Assembly (NCBI GenBank): GCA_963706595.1
Contig: OY970166.1
Location: forward strand, 4,352,001-4,416,000
Reading direction: 5' to 3'
DNA: 64,000 bases
DNA from: an uncultured cyanobacterium
Lineage (GTDB): Bacteria; Cyanobacteriota; Cyanobacteriia; Cyanobacteriales; Nostocaceae
Position numbers and translations under genes: made by a program. This document shows positions 21,434-31,841 of this stretch, piece by piece (the first letter of the stretch is position 1; every line of letters starts with the position of its first letter). The notes under the pieces were generated by a model. The model saw nothing but the letters and a program-made list of their open reading frames with translations, was not told where the DNA came from and did no database searches.

Positions 21434-23682
21434 GTGGAAATAACGAAAGTTTGGGACATTATTTGGGATAACGGACCTTTTCATTGGACAATTGCTTTTC
21501 TGTTAGGAGTCGCAATTATTCGCGAATTTTACACAGTATGTAAGTATTTATGGCAGGATTTGGGGGCGACTAAAGCCGCTATTAAATTTTTGAGTAAGTA
21601 AAAACGGTAAAATGTAAACGTAAAAGATAACGAGTGGTTCAAAGAGCATTTCGGAACCGACGATGTAAGCATAATTCGTCAAGAGAGAGAAAAAAACGGC
21701 AAATTCTTACTAATAAAGTATCCATCTGTTTTAGTCCGCCCAGTACCTCGAACTTCTTTGCGTTTTGTGACAACTTTATGTACTGCTATCGGCGTTTTAG
21801 GAACATTTTATGGCATACAACAGGGACTTCAAGGAATTAACTTATCTACAGAAGTCCTGAACAACTGATGAGTGATAGTAAGGTGCTACTGGTAGGAATG
21901 AAAACAGCGTTCTCTACTTCCTTGATGGGGCTTGGTTCTGGTAGCTTGTTTACTTTAGTTTTGTTTGGCAGTGATTTTGTACGGCAGAAAAGGCGTGATA
22001 GTTTGCGTGATGATTTGAAGGCGATTGCCACTTTAAAAACCACAGAGAATGATAACCTTGAAGTTGCTCAAGCACTTACGCTTGTAGCACAACAATTGAC
22101 CGGATTCAAACAGCTAAAAGCCGAAGATATTGGTCAATCTGTAGGTAGGAATATAGCAGAACAGTTCGCAGGTTTAAATCAGTTGTCAGCCCAAGCTATT
22201 GGAGAATCTGTCAGACAGCAAATTTTACCACTTTTGAGAGATATATTCAATGAACAGAGAAGACTTCGAGAACTCCAAGAAAATCAGGGACAGAGAGTTT
22301 TAGAAGAACTTATTAATGATTTGCGAATTCAGGTACTAGAACCGATTGCAGACCGACTAGACAAAAGTGCCGAGTTAACCCAGCAAGCTTCCACCGCCGT
22401 GCTGAATCTACATCAAGAACTTGGCGGAATCTCTGAAAGTTTGGCAAGTTCTATCCTAACAATTCAGAACTTTCAACAAGAGACTTTGGTACAACTCCAA
22501 GGATTTGCTCATAATTTGGGAGATACTTTAAATGATTTTAAAACAGATACAAGAGGTGTTTTACAACAAACAGCCCACGAAATTAATCGAGCTGTAAACC
22601 AGAGTATTGAGGGAATGACAGCCCAACGTAGTGCTTTTAAAGCAAGTGCAGACGAAGCTGCTGATACTTTCCGAGGCATTCGAGAAGAACTGCAAATAGC
22701 ATTACAAGAACGCGCCACAGTCGAACAAGAAATGCTTCAAGGATTTGCTCACAATATGGGAAAAACTTTGAGCCAATTCAAAACTGAAACCACAGGAGTT
22801 TTACAACAAACATCTCAAGAAATTCATCACGCTGTAGTCGCAAGTATTGAGGGAATGACAGCCCAACGCAGTGCTTTTGAAGCCAGTGCAGTTCAAGCTG
22901 CTGATACTTTCCGAGGCATTCGAGAAGAATTGCAAACAGTATTACAAGAACGCGCCGCAGTTGAACAGCAGATGCTTCAAGCTACTCAAACTGGAATTAT
23001 CCGAATTCTCACCCAAGCAAATATAACCTTTCATCAGCAAACTAATACGCTAAAAACAGTGGGTGAAGAAGCCTCTGGATTGATGAATGATGCTAAGGAT
23101 AATCTTTTGGCTACTTTAGGAAATATTGACGAAAGACTCACAGCCACTCGCCAAACAGTAGAAGATGATTTGACAAGGTTTAGGGAAGAATATCAACGGA
23201 ATTTACAGATGTTTTTTGAAGAGCAAAACACCTTACTTGACGATACACTAGGCAGACAACAGGAAGGATTATCTGGAGTTGTGAACAATCTGGATCAAGT
23301 CTTCCGAGATGAATGTCAAAGACGTAGTGAATTGACTCAAGAAGTAGATGCAAGTATGAATAAAGTTCAGGCATCTGTCATAACTATTCACGAATTAGTT
23401 ATTGCTGCTGGATTAAACGATGGAGAACGACTCATACAACTACAAAATCTAGCTCGTGGTATTGGCGAGGAAGTGGAAAGAGTGGAAAACTCATACAGAA
23501 ATTTAAATCACAAATTTGACGATAGTCTTCATGCTTGGGAAGGTCATCTTCAAGGTTATATGAAAAAGACTGTTGAGTTCCAGGTGGACTTTTTCCAACA
23601 AGCAGATACTGCTATGTCTAAAGTTTGCGAAAATGTACTCAAAACAACAGAAGTGCTGCTAGAAGCAAATAATAAATACTAA
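21434..23682 (+). CDS. zorA: Zorya ZorA-like protein (MotA-like TM domain + long helical tail), 5' part interrupted in this sequence
   Basis: GTG 21434 after AAGGG; TM1 FHWTIAFLLGVAII, TM2 TTLCTAIGVLGTFYGI, TM3 GMKTAFSTSLMG; two stops at about 21599-21610 and a frameshift at about 21852; 604 aa downstream ORF is mostly coiled-coil tail. Confidence 0.8.
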
Positions 23683-23687
23683 ATTAC

Positions 23688-23799
23688 TGGCATTCCTGGT
23701 TGGAAGTATGAACAAGTTTTTGATAATATCAAAGCCCCTGTAGAGACGTGATATGTCAAGTCTCTACACCTAAATTCATACTTGGTTTCAGCCACGCCA
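23688..23799. mobile_element. MITE-like element with GTAG-REP core between zorA and zorB
   Basis: Ends TGGC..GTATGAA / TTCATAC..GCCA; core GTAGAGACGTGATATGTCAAGTCTCTAC. Confidence 0.55.
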
Positions 23800-23821
23800 A
23801 ATTACCAATGGAGTCATAAAA

Positions 23822-24475
23822 ATGGTTGATTTGAGCAGCGACGAATTTGTTGATGCAGAGATTACAGAGGATGATGATTCTAGTATTTATCTGTCTATTG
23901 GCGATTTGATGTCTGGTTTGCTGATGTTTTTTGCTTTGCTATTTATCACTGCACTACTCCAGCTTGCACAAAAGGATGTACCAAAACAGCAAGTAATTAG
24001 TAATGTTGTGGAAGAGATGCAAAACAACAATATCAATGTCAAAGTTAATCCAGATACTGGGGATATTACTATCCAAGAATCGATTTTGTTTGCTCAGGGA
24101 AGTGCCGAACTAAAACCAGAAGGTAAAGCCTTTCTACGCAGCTTTATTCCCGTTTATAGTGGGGTAATTTTCTCAAAAGAAGAATTTCAGCAGGAAGTTA
24201 GCCGTGTAGTTATAGAAGGTCATACTAGCTCGGAAGGAGATGAACAAATAAATCTGGAACTGAGTTTAATGCGGTCTGCATCAGTTCATAAATACATTTT
24301 TTCGGACATTGATTTTGATAACAAAGCACTTTTAAGCCAGAAAATACTAGCTGCTGGTCGTGGAGAAATTGAAGCTGATCAGAGTCGGGATAATCCAGGC
24401 GATCGCAAGGTGGTTTTCCGCTTTCAGTTTCGTAATGATGAGTTAAAAAAAGATATCGCTGAAACCTCATTTTAA
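23822..24475 (+). CDS. zorB: Zorya ZorB-like (MotB/OmpA-like) protein
   Basis: TM LSIGDLMSGLLMFFALLF with conserved Asp; OmpA-like EGHTS, NLELSLMRS, AGRGE, DRKVVF. Confidence 0.85.
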   Translation: MVDLSSDEFVDAEITEDDDSSIYLSIGDLMSGLLMFFALLFITALLQLAQKDVPKQQVISNVVEEMQNNNINVKVNPDTGDITIQESILFAQGSAELKPEGKAFLRSFIPVYSGVIFSKEEFQQEVSRVVIEGHTSSEGDEQINLELSLMRSASVHKYIFSDIDFDNKALLSQKILAAGRGEIEADQSRDNPGDRKVVFRFQFRNDELKKDIAETSF

Positions 24476-24488
24476 AGGATAAATAATC

Positions 24489-25883
24489 TTGAATTTTCAA
24501 TTTTCTCTTCCTTCCCTACCTGAACCTCCCCAATGTATTCCCAATCAACTAATTCAGCTTACAAGTAATTTACCAGAGCCAACAATCTCAATACCAAGTG
24601 TTGATAAAGTATTAGCAGCGATTGAACAGGGTAAAGCTGATCAAGTAAGTCAATTAGACTGGATTTACTGCATCCATGCTAAAGCACAGTGGGATAAACA
24701 AAATACTGACCGTTCTAGGGAAACATCAGCAGCCATTTGGAAGGTAGCAATTTCTAACTCATGGTTACAACATCAGCTATTGTGGCGTTTAGCTCTTTAT
24801 TCTCATCATCAGCAAGAACAAGTCTTAGCCAAGTCTCTAGCTGAATCTTTTGATATTTTTGCTAATTCTAAGTTAGTTAGTCACCTGCTACCAGTTCAAA
24901 TTGTGCAGGCGCTTTGCAGTCAACAACCAGGGAGAAAGTTAGCAAAACTTGCTTATAAGCAGCGTGTCAATCAAACTGAATTAGTTAACATAATTCGCCA
25001 AGATTTACCAGTTTGGATTCCATCATTCAGCCAATTCGTAGAAGAGATAACACCATATTTTGTAAAAATTATTTCTCCCAATCAGCAGCAAGTAACTTGG
25101 TTGTTAAGTTGCTTAAATGAAATGTCAAATAATCAGCAAATACAAGCTGTTGATTATTTACTCACCCATATTTATAATGATGTAGTAAAAAATCATTCTT
25201 TCTTAGTTGACTGGTTGCTAAATAACTACAGAAGTGGTGAAAACTGGTATGAACTTTCCGAACCAGCTAGGCAAAGGCTTCGAGAGTGGATTGGAGGCAT
25301 TAATTATGGTGATTTCCAAAGGTTAGTAGATGTCATATTAAGCCGGATAGCTTTAGAATCCTCCGAGTCAGATAGGCTAAGTAGTCGCAGAAAATTCTGG
25401 GCTAACTACAGTAACCGCTTTGAACGGCTTCGGATTTTGTTACCCAGGACATCACAAGATGCTATAGGATATCAAATTCAAGGTGATGTCGATCTACTAG
25501 AGGATGATGGTAGTGATCCTACAGAGGTTTGTATATTCGATTTTGGTGACTTGTTTGTAGTCGAATTTTTCCGTGGAAAAGGTAGTGAGATGCGCCTGTT
25601 TCCTAATAATTCCCAAACTCAACAAATCCTTTTTGGTGAATCAAGGCTTTCAGTTAAACGGATTCGCTGTCTGGGTGGCGATAAGCACGATCATGTATTT
25701 CTTTGGCAGTTTTTTTGCCGCCAATGGCTGGTAAATCAGGGAGTTAACCCAAATCCAGGAACTGAACCGTACACAAACCCAACAGCATATAAATTGCAAC
25801 AGCGAGAATACAAGCTTGAACGCTGGAAAGGAGAAATTAAGTATCTAGAACGGGAAGCTAGACTCTACTGTGATTTTCAGTAG
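24489..25883 (+). CDS. zorC: ZorC-like EH-signature domain protein
   Basis: RRKFWANY, FVVEFF, HDHVFLWQ pattern; starts 13 nt after the zorB stop. Confidence 0.75.
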   Translation: MNFQFSLPSLPEPPQCIPNQLIQLTSNLPEPTISIPSVDKVLAAIEQGKADQVSQLDWIYCIHAKAQWDKQNTDRSRETSAAIWKVAISNSWLQHQLLWRLALYSHHQQEQVLAKSLAESFDIFANSKLVSHLLPVQIVQALCSQQPGRKLAKLAYKQRVNQTELVNIIRQDLPVWIPSFSQFVEEITPYFVKIISPNQQQVTWLLSCLNEMSNNQQIQAVDYLLTHIYNDVVKNHSFLVDWLLNNYRSGENWYELSEPARQRLREWIGGINYGDFQRLVDVILSRIALESSESDRLSSRRKFWANYSNRFERLRILLPRTSQDAIGYQIQGDVDLLEDDGSDPTEVCIFDFGDLFVVEFFRGKGSEMRLFPNNSQTQQILFGESRLSVKRIRCLGGDKHDHVFLWQFFCRQWLVNQGVNPNPGTEPYTNPTAYKLQQREYKLERWKGEIKYLEREARLYCDFQ

Positions 25884-25947
25884 CTAGACACTAAAATACA
25901 AAAAATTAACTGTAGGGTGTGTTGTCGCGCAGCGCAACGCACCGTTA

Positions 25948-26110
25948 GAGGATGTTTTAAAAGTAGTTGGCTGTAATGTTAAGCACGAGTTGATCCCCCC
26001 TAGCCCCCCTTTTTAAGGGGGGAACTAGAATCAAAGTCCCCCTTTTTAAGGGGGATTTAGGGGGATCTAAAGCGTTTTGCTACTAAAAAGAGGACTCTTA
26101 AAACATCCTC
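25948..26110. mobile_element. MITE with TTA target duplication (IS5-like ends) carrying REP hairpins
   Basis: TTA-GAGGATGTTTTAA...TTAAAACATCCTC-TTA; internal cccccttttaaggggg-type hairpins twice. Confidence 0.7.
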
Positions 26111-26386
26111 TTAGGGACTAACAAATAAAAAAACATTCCAAATTTTATTGTGGGATGGGTGTCCCCACCCGTCCTTTAATCAGAGCTACACAGGCGAAAC
26201 CAGCACTATGGCTAACGCCACGCTACGCTAACGACAAGCTCAGTGACCACCTACGCGGGTTAAAAACCTTGATTTCCTGTTAGTCCGCGCAGGCGGACTT
26301 TGTTTTGTATAGCCGCGACTTCTAGTCGCCTGGACTAGGTGCAAGATGTGTTTCTATGGATTTGGACACCGCGTAAATATTTTACT

Positions 26387-26800
26387 ATGGCCAAAGACCT
26401 ATTCCACCAAGCCGTCAAGCAAGCGTTAATCAAAGATGGATGGACAATTACTAACGATCCATTAATCATTCGCATTGATCGCGTTAAACTAGAAATTGAT
26501 CTGGCTGCTGAAAAAGTATTTGCTGCTGAGAAAGATGGTCAGAAAATTGCTGTAGAAGTTAAAAGCTTTATCAATCCTTCCGCTATTAGTGACTTTCATA
26601 ATGCACTAGGTCAATTTCTCAACTATCGCTTGGCATTGGAAATGACCGAGCCTGCTCGTATCCTCTATTTAGCCGTTCCTATTGATGTTTTTAATACATT
26701 TTTTCAAGAGCGTTTTACTCAAGCTGCGATCTTGCAATATGCCATAAAAATAATAGCATATAAACCGAATACAGAGGAGATAATCGAATGGAAAAACTAG
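26387..26800 (+). CDS. xisH: XisH family protein
   Basis: MAKDLFHQAVKQALIKDGWTITNDP, IDLAAE, IAVEVKSF. Confidence 0.93.
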   Translation: MAKDLFHQAVKQALIKDGWTITNDPLIIRIDRVKLEIDLAAEKVFAAEKDGQKIAVEVKSFINPSAISDFHNALGQFLNYRLALEMTEPARILYLAVPIDVFNTFFQERFTQAAILQYAIKIIAYKPNTEEIIEWKN

Positions 26801-27117
26801 CCAAATATCGCCAAATTGTGCGCGAATTATTAATTGCTCATGCCACCCCAAACGAGCCAAATATTGAATGTCAAATCATTTTTGATACAGAACACGATCA
26901 TTATCAAATTCTAGATATCGGTTGGCAAAAGTTTAATCGCATTTATGCCTGTTATATCCATTTAGACATTAAAGACAACAAAATCTGGATTCAGCACAAT
27001 ATGACAGAAGCTGATATTGCTCAAGAGCTAGTGGAAAGAGGAGTTCCACCTTCAGATATTGTTTTAGGCTTGCATCCTCCATACAAACGTCCTTATACCA
27101 AATACGGTGTTGCCTAA
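26788..27117 (+). CDS. xisI: XisI family protein
   Basis: FDTEHDHYQ, IHLDIKDNKIWIQHNMTE, DIVLGLHPP; overlaps the xisH end. Confidence 0.93.
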   Translation: MEKLAKYRQIVRELLIAHATPNEPNIECQIIFDTEHDHYQILDIGWQKFNRIYACYIHLDIKDNKIWIQHNMTEADIAQELVERGVPPSDIVLGLHPPYKRPYTKYGVA

Positions 27118-27173
27118 AAAGTTAAAAAGGGGGATTACAGTGATTTTCAGCTAAATGAACTGTTAAACTTGCA

Positions 27174-27434
27174 TCAGCCGTGAAGATTGGCTTGCTCTTG
27201 TAACCAGGGGTCTACAGGCTGTCCATCTTTGCGACGTAGTTCAATTTCTATGGCTATAACTTCTTTGGAACCAGGAGGCGCAGGTTTTTGATGGAAAATA
27301 ATGTCATAATCTAATGGATCATGTTTGCGTTCTTTTAACCAGTCCTGCACTTTAGTTGTGGCAAAAAATGATTGCCCTTGCTCAAACATCCGGGTAATCT
27401 GCATTTGTAATGTGTAGGGATTGATGCGACCCAT
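27174..27434 (-). CDS. Conserved cyanobacterial hypothetical protein
   Basis: 86 aa ORF with AAAGGG RBS-like sequence; MGRINPYTLQMQITRMF. Confidence 0.7.
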   Translation of the reverse strand: MGRINPYTLQMQITRMFEQGQSFFATTKVQDWLKERKHDPLDYDIIFHQKPAPPGSKEVIAIEIELRRKDGQPVDPWLQEQANLHG

Positions 27435-27582
27435 TTTTTAGACCCTTTCTTAAGTAAACCTCATATTCTAGTTTATCTTAAGGACGGTTGGAAAAGTTTC
27501 TGGAGTACGGGAAACTGTAATACTCCACATATTATGTGTTCGTTACAATCAGAGTTATAAACTAAGTTGAGAGGACACCAGA

Positions 27583-27957
27583 ATGAAAGTTGGATATGAT
27601 TCTGATAAGCGTAAATTGCTATCATCGCTGTGCCACGGGGCGATTTTCTTTAGTACAACACTATTCTCTATTGGGGTTCCAATTGTCATTACCTTCATTT
27701 CTGATGACCCAGTTGTAAAAAGCAACGCTAAAGAATCGATTAATTTTCACTTTAATGTTTGGTTTTGGGCAACTGTAATTGGGGTTCCAATGGGGATTCT
27801 ATCTTTCCTCACCTTTGGACTGGGGGGACTTTTATTCTTTCCCGTGGTGGCGTTGGGTTTTGCTCTGCACTGGGGATTGACAATTTGGGCGCTGCTGCAC
27901 TGTTTCAGCCAGCCGGATGAACCATTCCGTTATCCGTTTATCTTTCGAGTTTTCTAA
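27583..27957 (+). CDS. DUF4870 family membrane protein
   Basis: NAKESINFH, three hydrophobic segments, C-terminal FRYPF. Confidence 0.8.
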   Translation: MKVGYDSDKRKLLSSLCHGAIFFSTTLFSIGVPIVITFISDDPVVKSNAKESINFHFNVWFWATVIGVPMGILSFLTFGLGGLLFFPVVALGFALHWGLTIWALLHCFSQPDEPFRYPFIFRVF

Positions 27958-28263
27958 TTGCAGTCAGTTAATTTTTGCTGTTGCTGATTTCAAATATGGA
28001 TTTTTGTCACGCAGAGGCGCAAAGGTAATTGAGGCATTTCATATTCTGATTCAGCAACGCCCAATTTTTTCTTTATGAAAAAGGGCGCGAAAATAATAAT
28101 AATACTGTTTCTCTATTTTACCATGCTGTTTGACACAGTGGTAATTAAATCGGTGAACAGGGTAATGATGAAGCAAATTATCTTCCTCAAGGATTTGTGT
28201 TTTCTTACTTGGGGAATATTTGAGTATAGTAACAAGATATATCTTAAGTTATATACAAATAGA

Positions 28264-28376
28264 TAAGTAGGTCAACCTAATTAAACATAAAACCTTGACA
28301 ATATAGATCCCCGACTTCTTTGAGAAGTCGGGGATCTGGATATTGGATATGGCATTTTTTAAGTTTGAGCTACTTA
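28264..28376. mobile_element. TA-flanked MITE with REP hairpin core
   Basis: Ends TAAGTAGGTCAA...TTGAGCTACTTA; core agatccccgacttct/agaagtcggggatct. Confidence 0.65.
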
Positions 28377-28482
28377 ATGAATTCAGGGCAAATATATTCC
28401 CTAAATTCAGCCGCCAGCCAGAGGAAAACTAGGATGAGAATATTTACACTCATGAGTATACATATTCTGCACTTGGAAACTT

Positions 28483-29322
28483 ATGCCTCTTTACAAACTC
28501 GAACATTTTGACCCTAACTACCGAGAAACCTTTGGCGGTGATGATGTAAAGGCTTTAGAGCTTTACACCGAAGGAGGAGTAAGAATCGGCTCGGTGGCTG
28601 ATGCTTTAGTTGACCAAGGTGGACGTTTTCGGTATTTAGTTATTGACAGCAGTTGGGATTCTATTACTAAGAAAATATTACTACCAATTGGGCTTTCCCA
28701 CATCAATTATCCTGCTAAACGTGTTTATGTTGATGGATTGAGTAAAGAACAAGTCGAACATTTACCAGAATATCAGGAAAGCATGACTGTTGATGAAGAT
28801 TATGAAAAACAGGTACGTCATGTTTTTCGCCCTCAAAGCAGAAATGAAGCTGATAATCGCGAGATATCTATTTACGAAAGAGAACCAGATTTATATAATT
28901 TAAATGAACAATATCATCAAACTCTCAGGTTGTATGAAGAACGATTGATTGCTAACAAACATCGGGTTAAAACTGGAGAAGTAGCAGTTGGTAAGCATAT
29001 TGAAACGCATACTGCAAGGGTGACAGTACCTGTTAAAAAAGAACGTGTTTTGATTGAACGAGTTCCACCAACAGAAACAGGAACAGTTGTAGACCCAAAC
29101 GCACTCAAGTTTCAAGAAGGGGAAGTAACACGCATCGAATTGTACGAGGAAACGCCTGAAGTTCGCAAAGAAGCTTTTGTGCGCGAAGAAGTGAGAGTGA
29201 AAAAAGTTGTAGATCGGCAAACAGTAGAAGCACAAGACACAATTCGTCGAGAACAGTTAGATATTAATACTACAGGCGAATTGTATGTGGATGAGACTGG
29301 AAAAACAGAGGAATCTGTTTGA
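28483..29322 (+). CDS. PRC-barrel + DUF2382 (YsnF/AvaK-like) protein
   Basis: GRFRYLVID..LLPIG PRC barrel; LRLYEERLIANK..GEVAVGKHIET DUF2382. Confidence 0.85.
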   Translation: MPLYKLEHFDPNYRETFGGDDVKALELYTEGGVRIGSVADALVDQGGRFRYLVIDSSWDSITKKILLPIGLSHINYPAKRVYVDGLSKEQVEHLPEYQESMTVDEDYEKQVRHVFRPQSRNEADNREISIYEREPDLYNLNEQYHQTLRLYEERLIANKHRVKTGEVAVGKHIETHTARVTVPVKKERVLIERVPPTETGTVVDPNALKFQEGEVTRIELYEETPEVRKEAFVREEVRVKKVVDRQTVEAQDTIRREQLDINTTGELYVDETGKTEESV

Positions 29323-29591
29323 GTAGCTGGGTAATGAATTTGCTTTTAAGATTGATATTAAATTATACAGGCAGGGAAAGGCTTCACTCTGTCTGTACTT
29401 TTTTGGATTTTGCTTAATTACGATCATAAAAATCTAATTTTGCGAGTTTTTATCTGATTAAATCAGGAAATATCTATAACTTTTGATGTCGTCGTTTTGA
29501 AGGAAGTCAGTCGATGGTAGGAGGTAAATCAGTATAGAAAGATTTACATTCTTTATTAAGAGATGGTATGAAAAGTCAGAGGTTAATTTTA

Positions 29592-30452
29592 ATGGCACTT
29601 CATAAATTGGCAGATTTTGATCCAAATTATCATGACACTATTCAAGGTCATGATATTAAAGGATTAGGGGTTTATACAGACGTAGCTAATGAAAAGATTG
29701 GCACTATCAGCGATGTTTTAGTTGATGACGAGGGACATTTTCGCTATCTAGTGGTTGATTTAGGTTTCTGGATATTTGGGAAAAAAGTATTACTTCCAGT
29801 TGGGCGTTCTCGGATTGATTATGATGCTAATCGCGTCTACGCTATTGGTATGACTAGAGAACAAGCGGAAGATTTACCGAGGTTTGAAGAAGGTAGAATA
29901 CTTGATTACGACTATGAAGAACAGGTGCGCGGTGTTTATCGCGATAGTAAGTATGGTACTAGACCTGTAGAAGCATCGACCCGCACAGCAACAACTACAC
30001 CAAGTTACAGTCGTGACAGTTATAGTTACGAGCATGAACCTTCTTTGTACAATCTAAATCAGCAAGACCATCAAACTCTACGATTGTATGAAGAACGCCT
30101 AATTGCTAACAAAATTCGCCAGAAAACTGGAGAAGTGGCAATTGGTAAACACGTTGAAAGTGAAACTGCAAGAGTTTCAATACCTCTAGAAAAAGAACAC
30201 GTTGTGATTGAGCGTATTACTCCTGAAGATGCGGGTAGGGTGGTTTCTGCTCAGGAAGCTAATTTCCGTGAAGGTGAAGTTGCTCGTGTAGAACTCCATG
30301 AAGAAACACCTGAAGTTCGCAAAGAGGCGTTTGTACGTGAAGAAGTTAGAGTTAAAAAGGTTGTAGATCAAGAAACTGTTGAGACTCAAGGAACTGTACG
30401 ACGCGAGGAGTTAGATGTGACTTCTCCTAATCTTCCCGTTGAGGAACGTTAA
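29592..30452 (+). CDS. PRC-barrel + DUF2382 protein (paralogue 2)
   Basis: MALHKLADFDPNY, GHFRYLVVDLGFWIFGKKVLLPVG, LRLYEERLIANK; start at second Met after AGAGG. Confidence 0.85.
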   Translation: MALHKLADFDPNYHDTIQGHDIKGLGVYTDVANEKIGTISDVLVDDEGHFRYLVVDLGFWIFGKKVLLPVGRSRIDYDANRVYAIGMTREQAEDLPRFEEGRILDYDYEEQVRGVYRDSKYGTRPVEASTRTATTTPSYSRDSYSYEHEPSLYNLNQQDHQTLRLYEERLIANKIRQKTGEVAIGKHVESETARVSIPLEKEHVVIERITPEDAGRVVSAQEANFREGEVARVELHEETPEVRKEAFVREEVRVKKVVDQETVETQGTVRREELDVTSPNLPVEER

Positions 30453-30586
30453 TTAAGTCAGTTGACAGTTATCAGTTATTAAGGCATAAGGTGGGAAATA
30501 GACCTACTATCAATGTTTAATATTAATTGGCTTTTAGTGATGAGATGTCAGTTTACATTGATGTAATACCAAGTATTAAAAGGGGA

Positions 30587-30679
30587 TATAGCGGTTATCA
30601 ATTAAGTGCGATATAAGAACCCCTCCCCGCAAGCGAGGAGGGGGCTATGATGTACTTCATTGAAGTGGATACCGCTATA
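30587..30679. mobile_element. TA-flanked MITE with REP core
   Basis: Ends TATAGCGGT...ACCGCTATA; core cccctccccgcaagcgaggagggg. Confidence 0.6.
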
Positions 30680-30806
30680 TAAACCGAATTATGTCTCTTT
30701 ACTGATGACTGATAACTGATAACTGATAACTGATAAGTCAACAGGATAAATTATATAGCTAGTTTTTATAAAAGCATTTCATCATTTTTTTAGGAACAGC
30801 CAACCA

Positions 30807-31688
30807 ATGGCAAATGACTTTAAACAAGTAACCCATCAGGCTAGTATCCACAGCTTGCTAGAAAGTTTGAGAAACAAGGTAAAAAATTTTTCTGTGACTG
30901 ATCCGCAAGGTCAAATAGTAGGCAAAGTTAAAGATTTAATTTTGGATGCTAATCGTCGGCTCAATTTAGTTATAGCTCAACAAGGGAATCAAAAAGTTAT
31001 CACAAATGGTACACCTGATGTGGATGCACATCGCTTAGTTTTATTGTTGAGTAGAAAAATCAACAAAATCGACAATTCTACGCAATCTATTCTCCTAGAT
31101 ATAGAAAAATCCGAAATAGAGCTTATGCCTGAATATTTAGAACCAGAAACACAAGACGATCAAAAAACAGTAGATAAATTCACTGAACTAAATCATCCCA
31201 CAATGGTGACAAGTCAAATTGAAACAGCTAATACAGCAAGAGTTGATGAAGAAAGTATTGTTCGTTTAATAGAAGAACGATTGATTGCTGATAGCAGCAG
31301 ACGCAAATTGGGTGAGGTGATTGTTCGCAAAGAAATTGAAACTCGGATGGTACAAGTACCTGTCCGACGAGAAAAATTGATTGTGGAACAAGTTGGGGCA
31401 GAAAATAAACAACTTGCTGAAATTGACTTAAGCCAAGGTGAGATTTCTGGGATTGAGTTGATGGCAGAAGAAAGACCTGAAGGTACAATTCTAGATGGTC
31501 ATTTAACAGTGGGTGGTAATTTTACTTCTCCGAAAATTGCTAGTTTACTTTTAAATGCGATCGCTCTCGAAAAAAATCACGGCTGTCGGCAGGTGAAAAT
31601 CACAATTGCTGTTACAGATGAGTCACTTCAGCAAAAATATCAGGAGTGGTTTGATCGTTGTTCTAAAGGTCAAAAACCCAAGGTGTAA
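30807..31688 (+). CDS. PRC-barrel + DUF2382 protein (paralogue 3, divergent)
   Basis: GQIVGKVKDLILD; VRLIEERLIAD..GEVIVRKEIET..VPVRREKL. Confidence 0.8.
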   Translation: MANDFKQVTHQASIHSLLESLRNKVKNFSVTDPQGQIVGKVKDLILDANRRLNLVIAQQGNQKVITNGTPDVDAHRLVLLLSRKINKIDNSTQSILLDIEKSEIELMPEYLEPETQDDQKTVDKFTELNHPTMVTSQIETANTARVDEESIVRLIEERLIADSSRRKLGEVIVRKEIETRMVQVPVRREKLIVEQVGAENKQLAEIDLSQGEISGIELMAEERPEGTILDGHLTVGGNFTSPKIASLLLNAIALEKNHGCRQVKITIAVTDESLQQKYQEWFDRCSKGQKPKV

Positions 31689-31841
31689 AAATTAGCTTAC
31701 AGCTAGTAAATTAACAGGGTGGGCATGATTGTCAACCCTATATTTGTTTGTGCATTATTTATTGCTTTATTTTTAATTAAAATATCTTATAACTAAGTTT
31801 AGGAGTGCTAAATTTAACAATAATATAGTAATTATATTAAA

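Noticed and set aside
21434..21868. zorA as a true pseudogene
   Set aside because: All lesions can be repaired by adding A to short A-runs and zorB/zorC are intact; unresolved without reads, but artefact is more likely
26339..27117. fdxN excision element
   Set aside because: No xisF recombinase and no interrupted fdxN or nif gene in the window
28075..28511. Two 63-aa ORFs upstream of the DUF2382 cluster
   Set aside because: AT-rich intergenic and MITE sequence with no recognisable motifs
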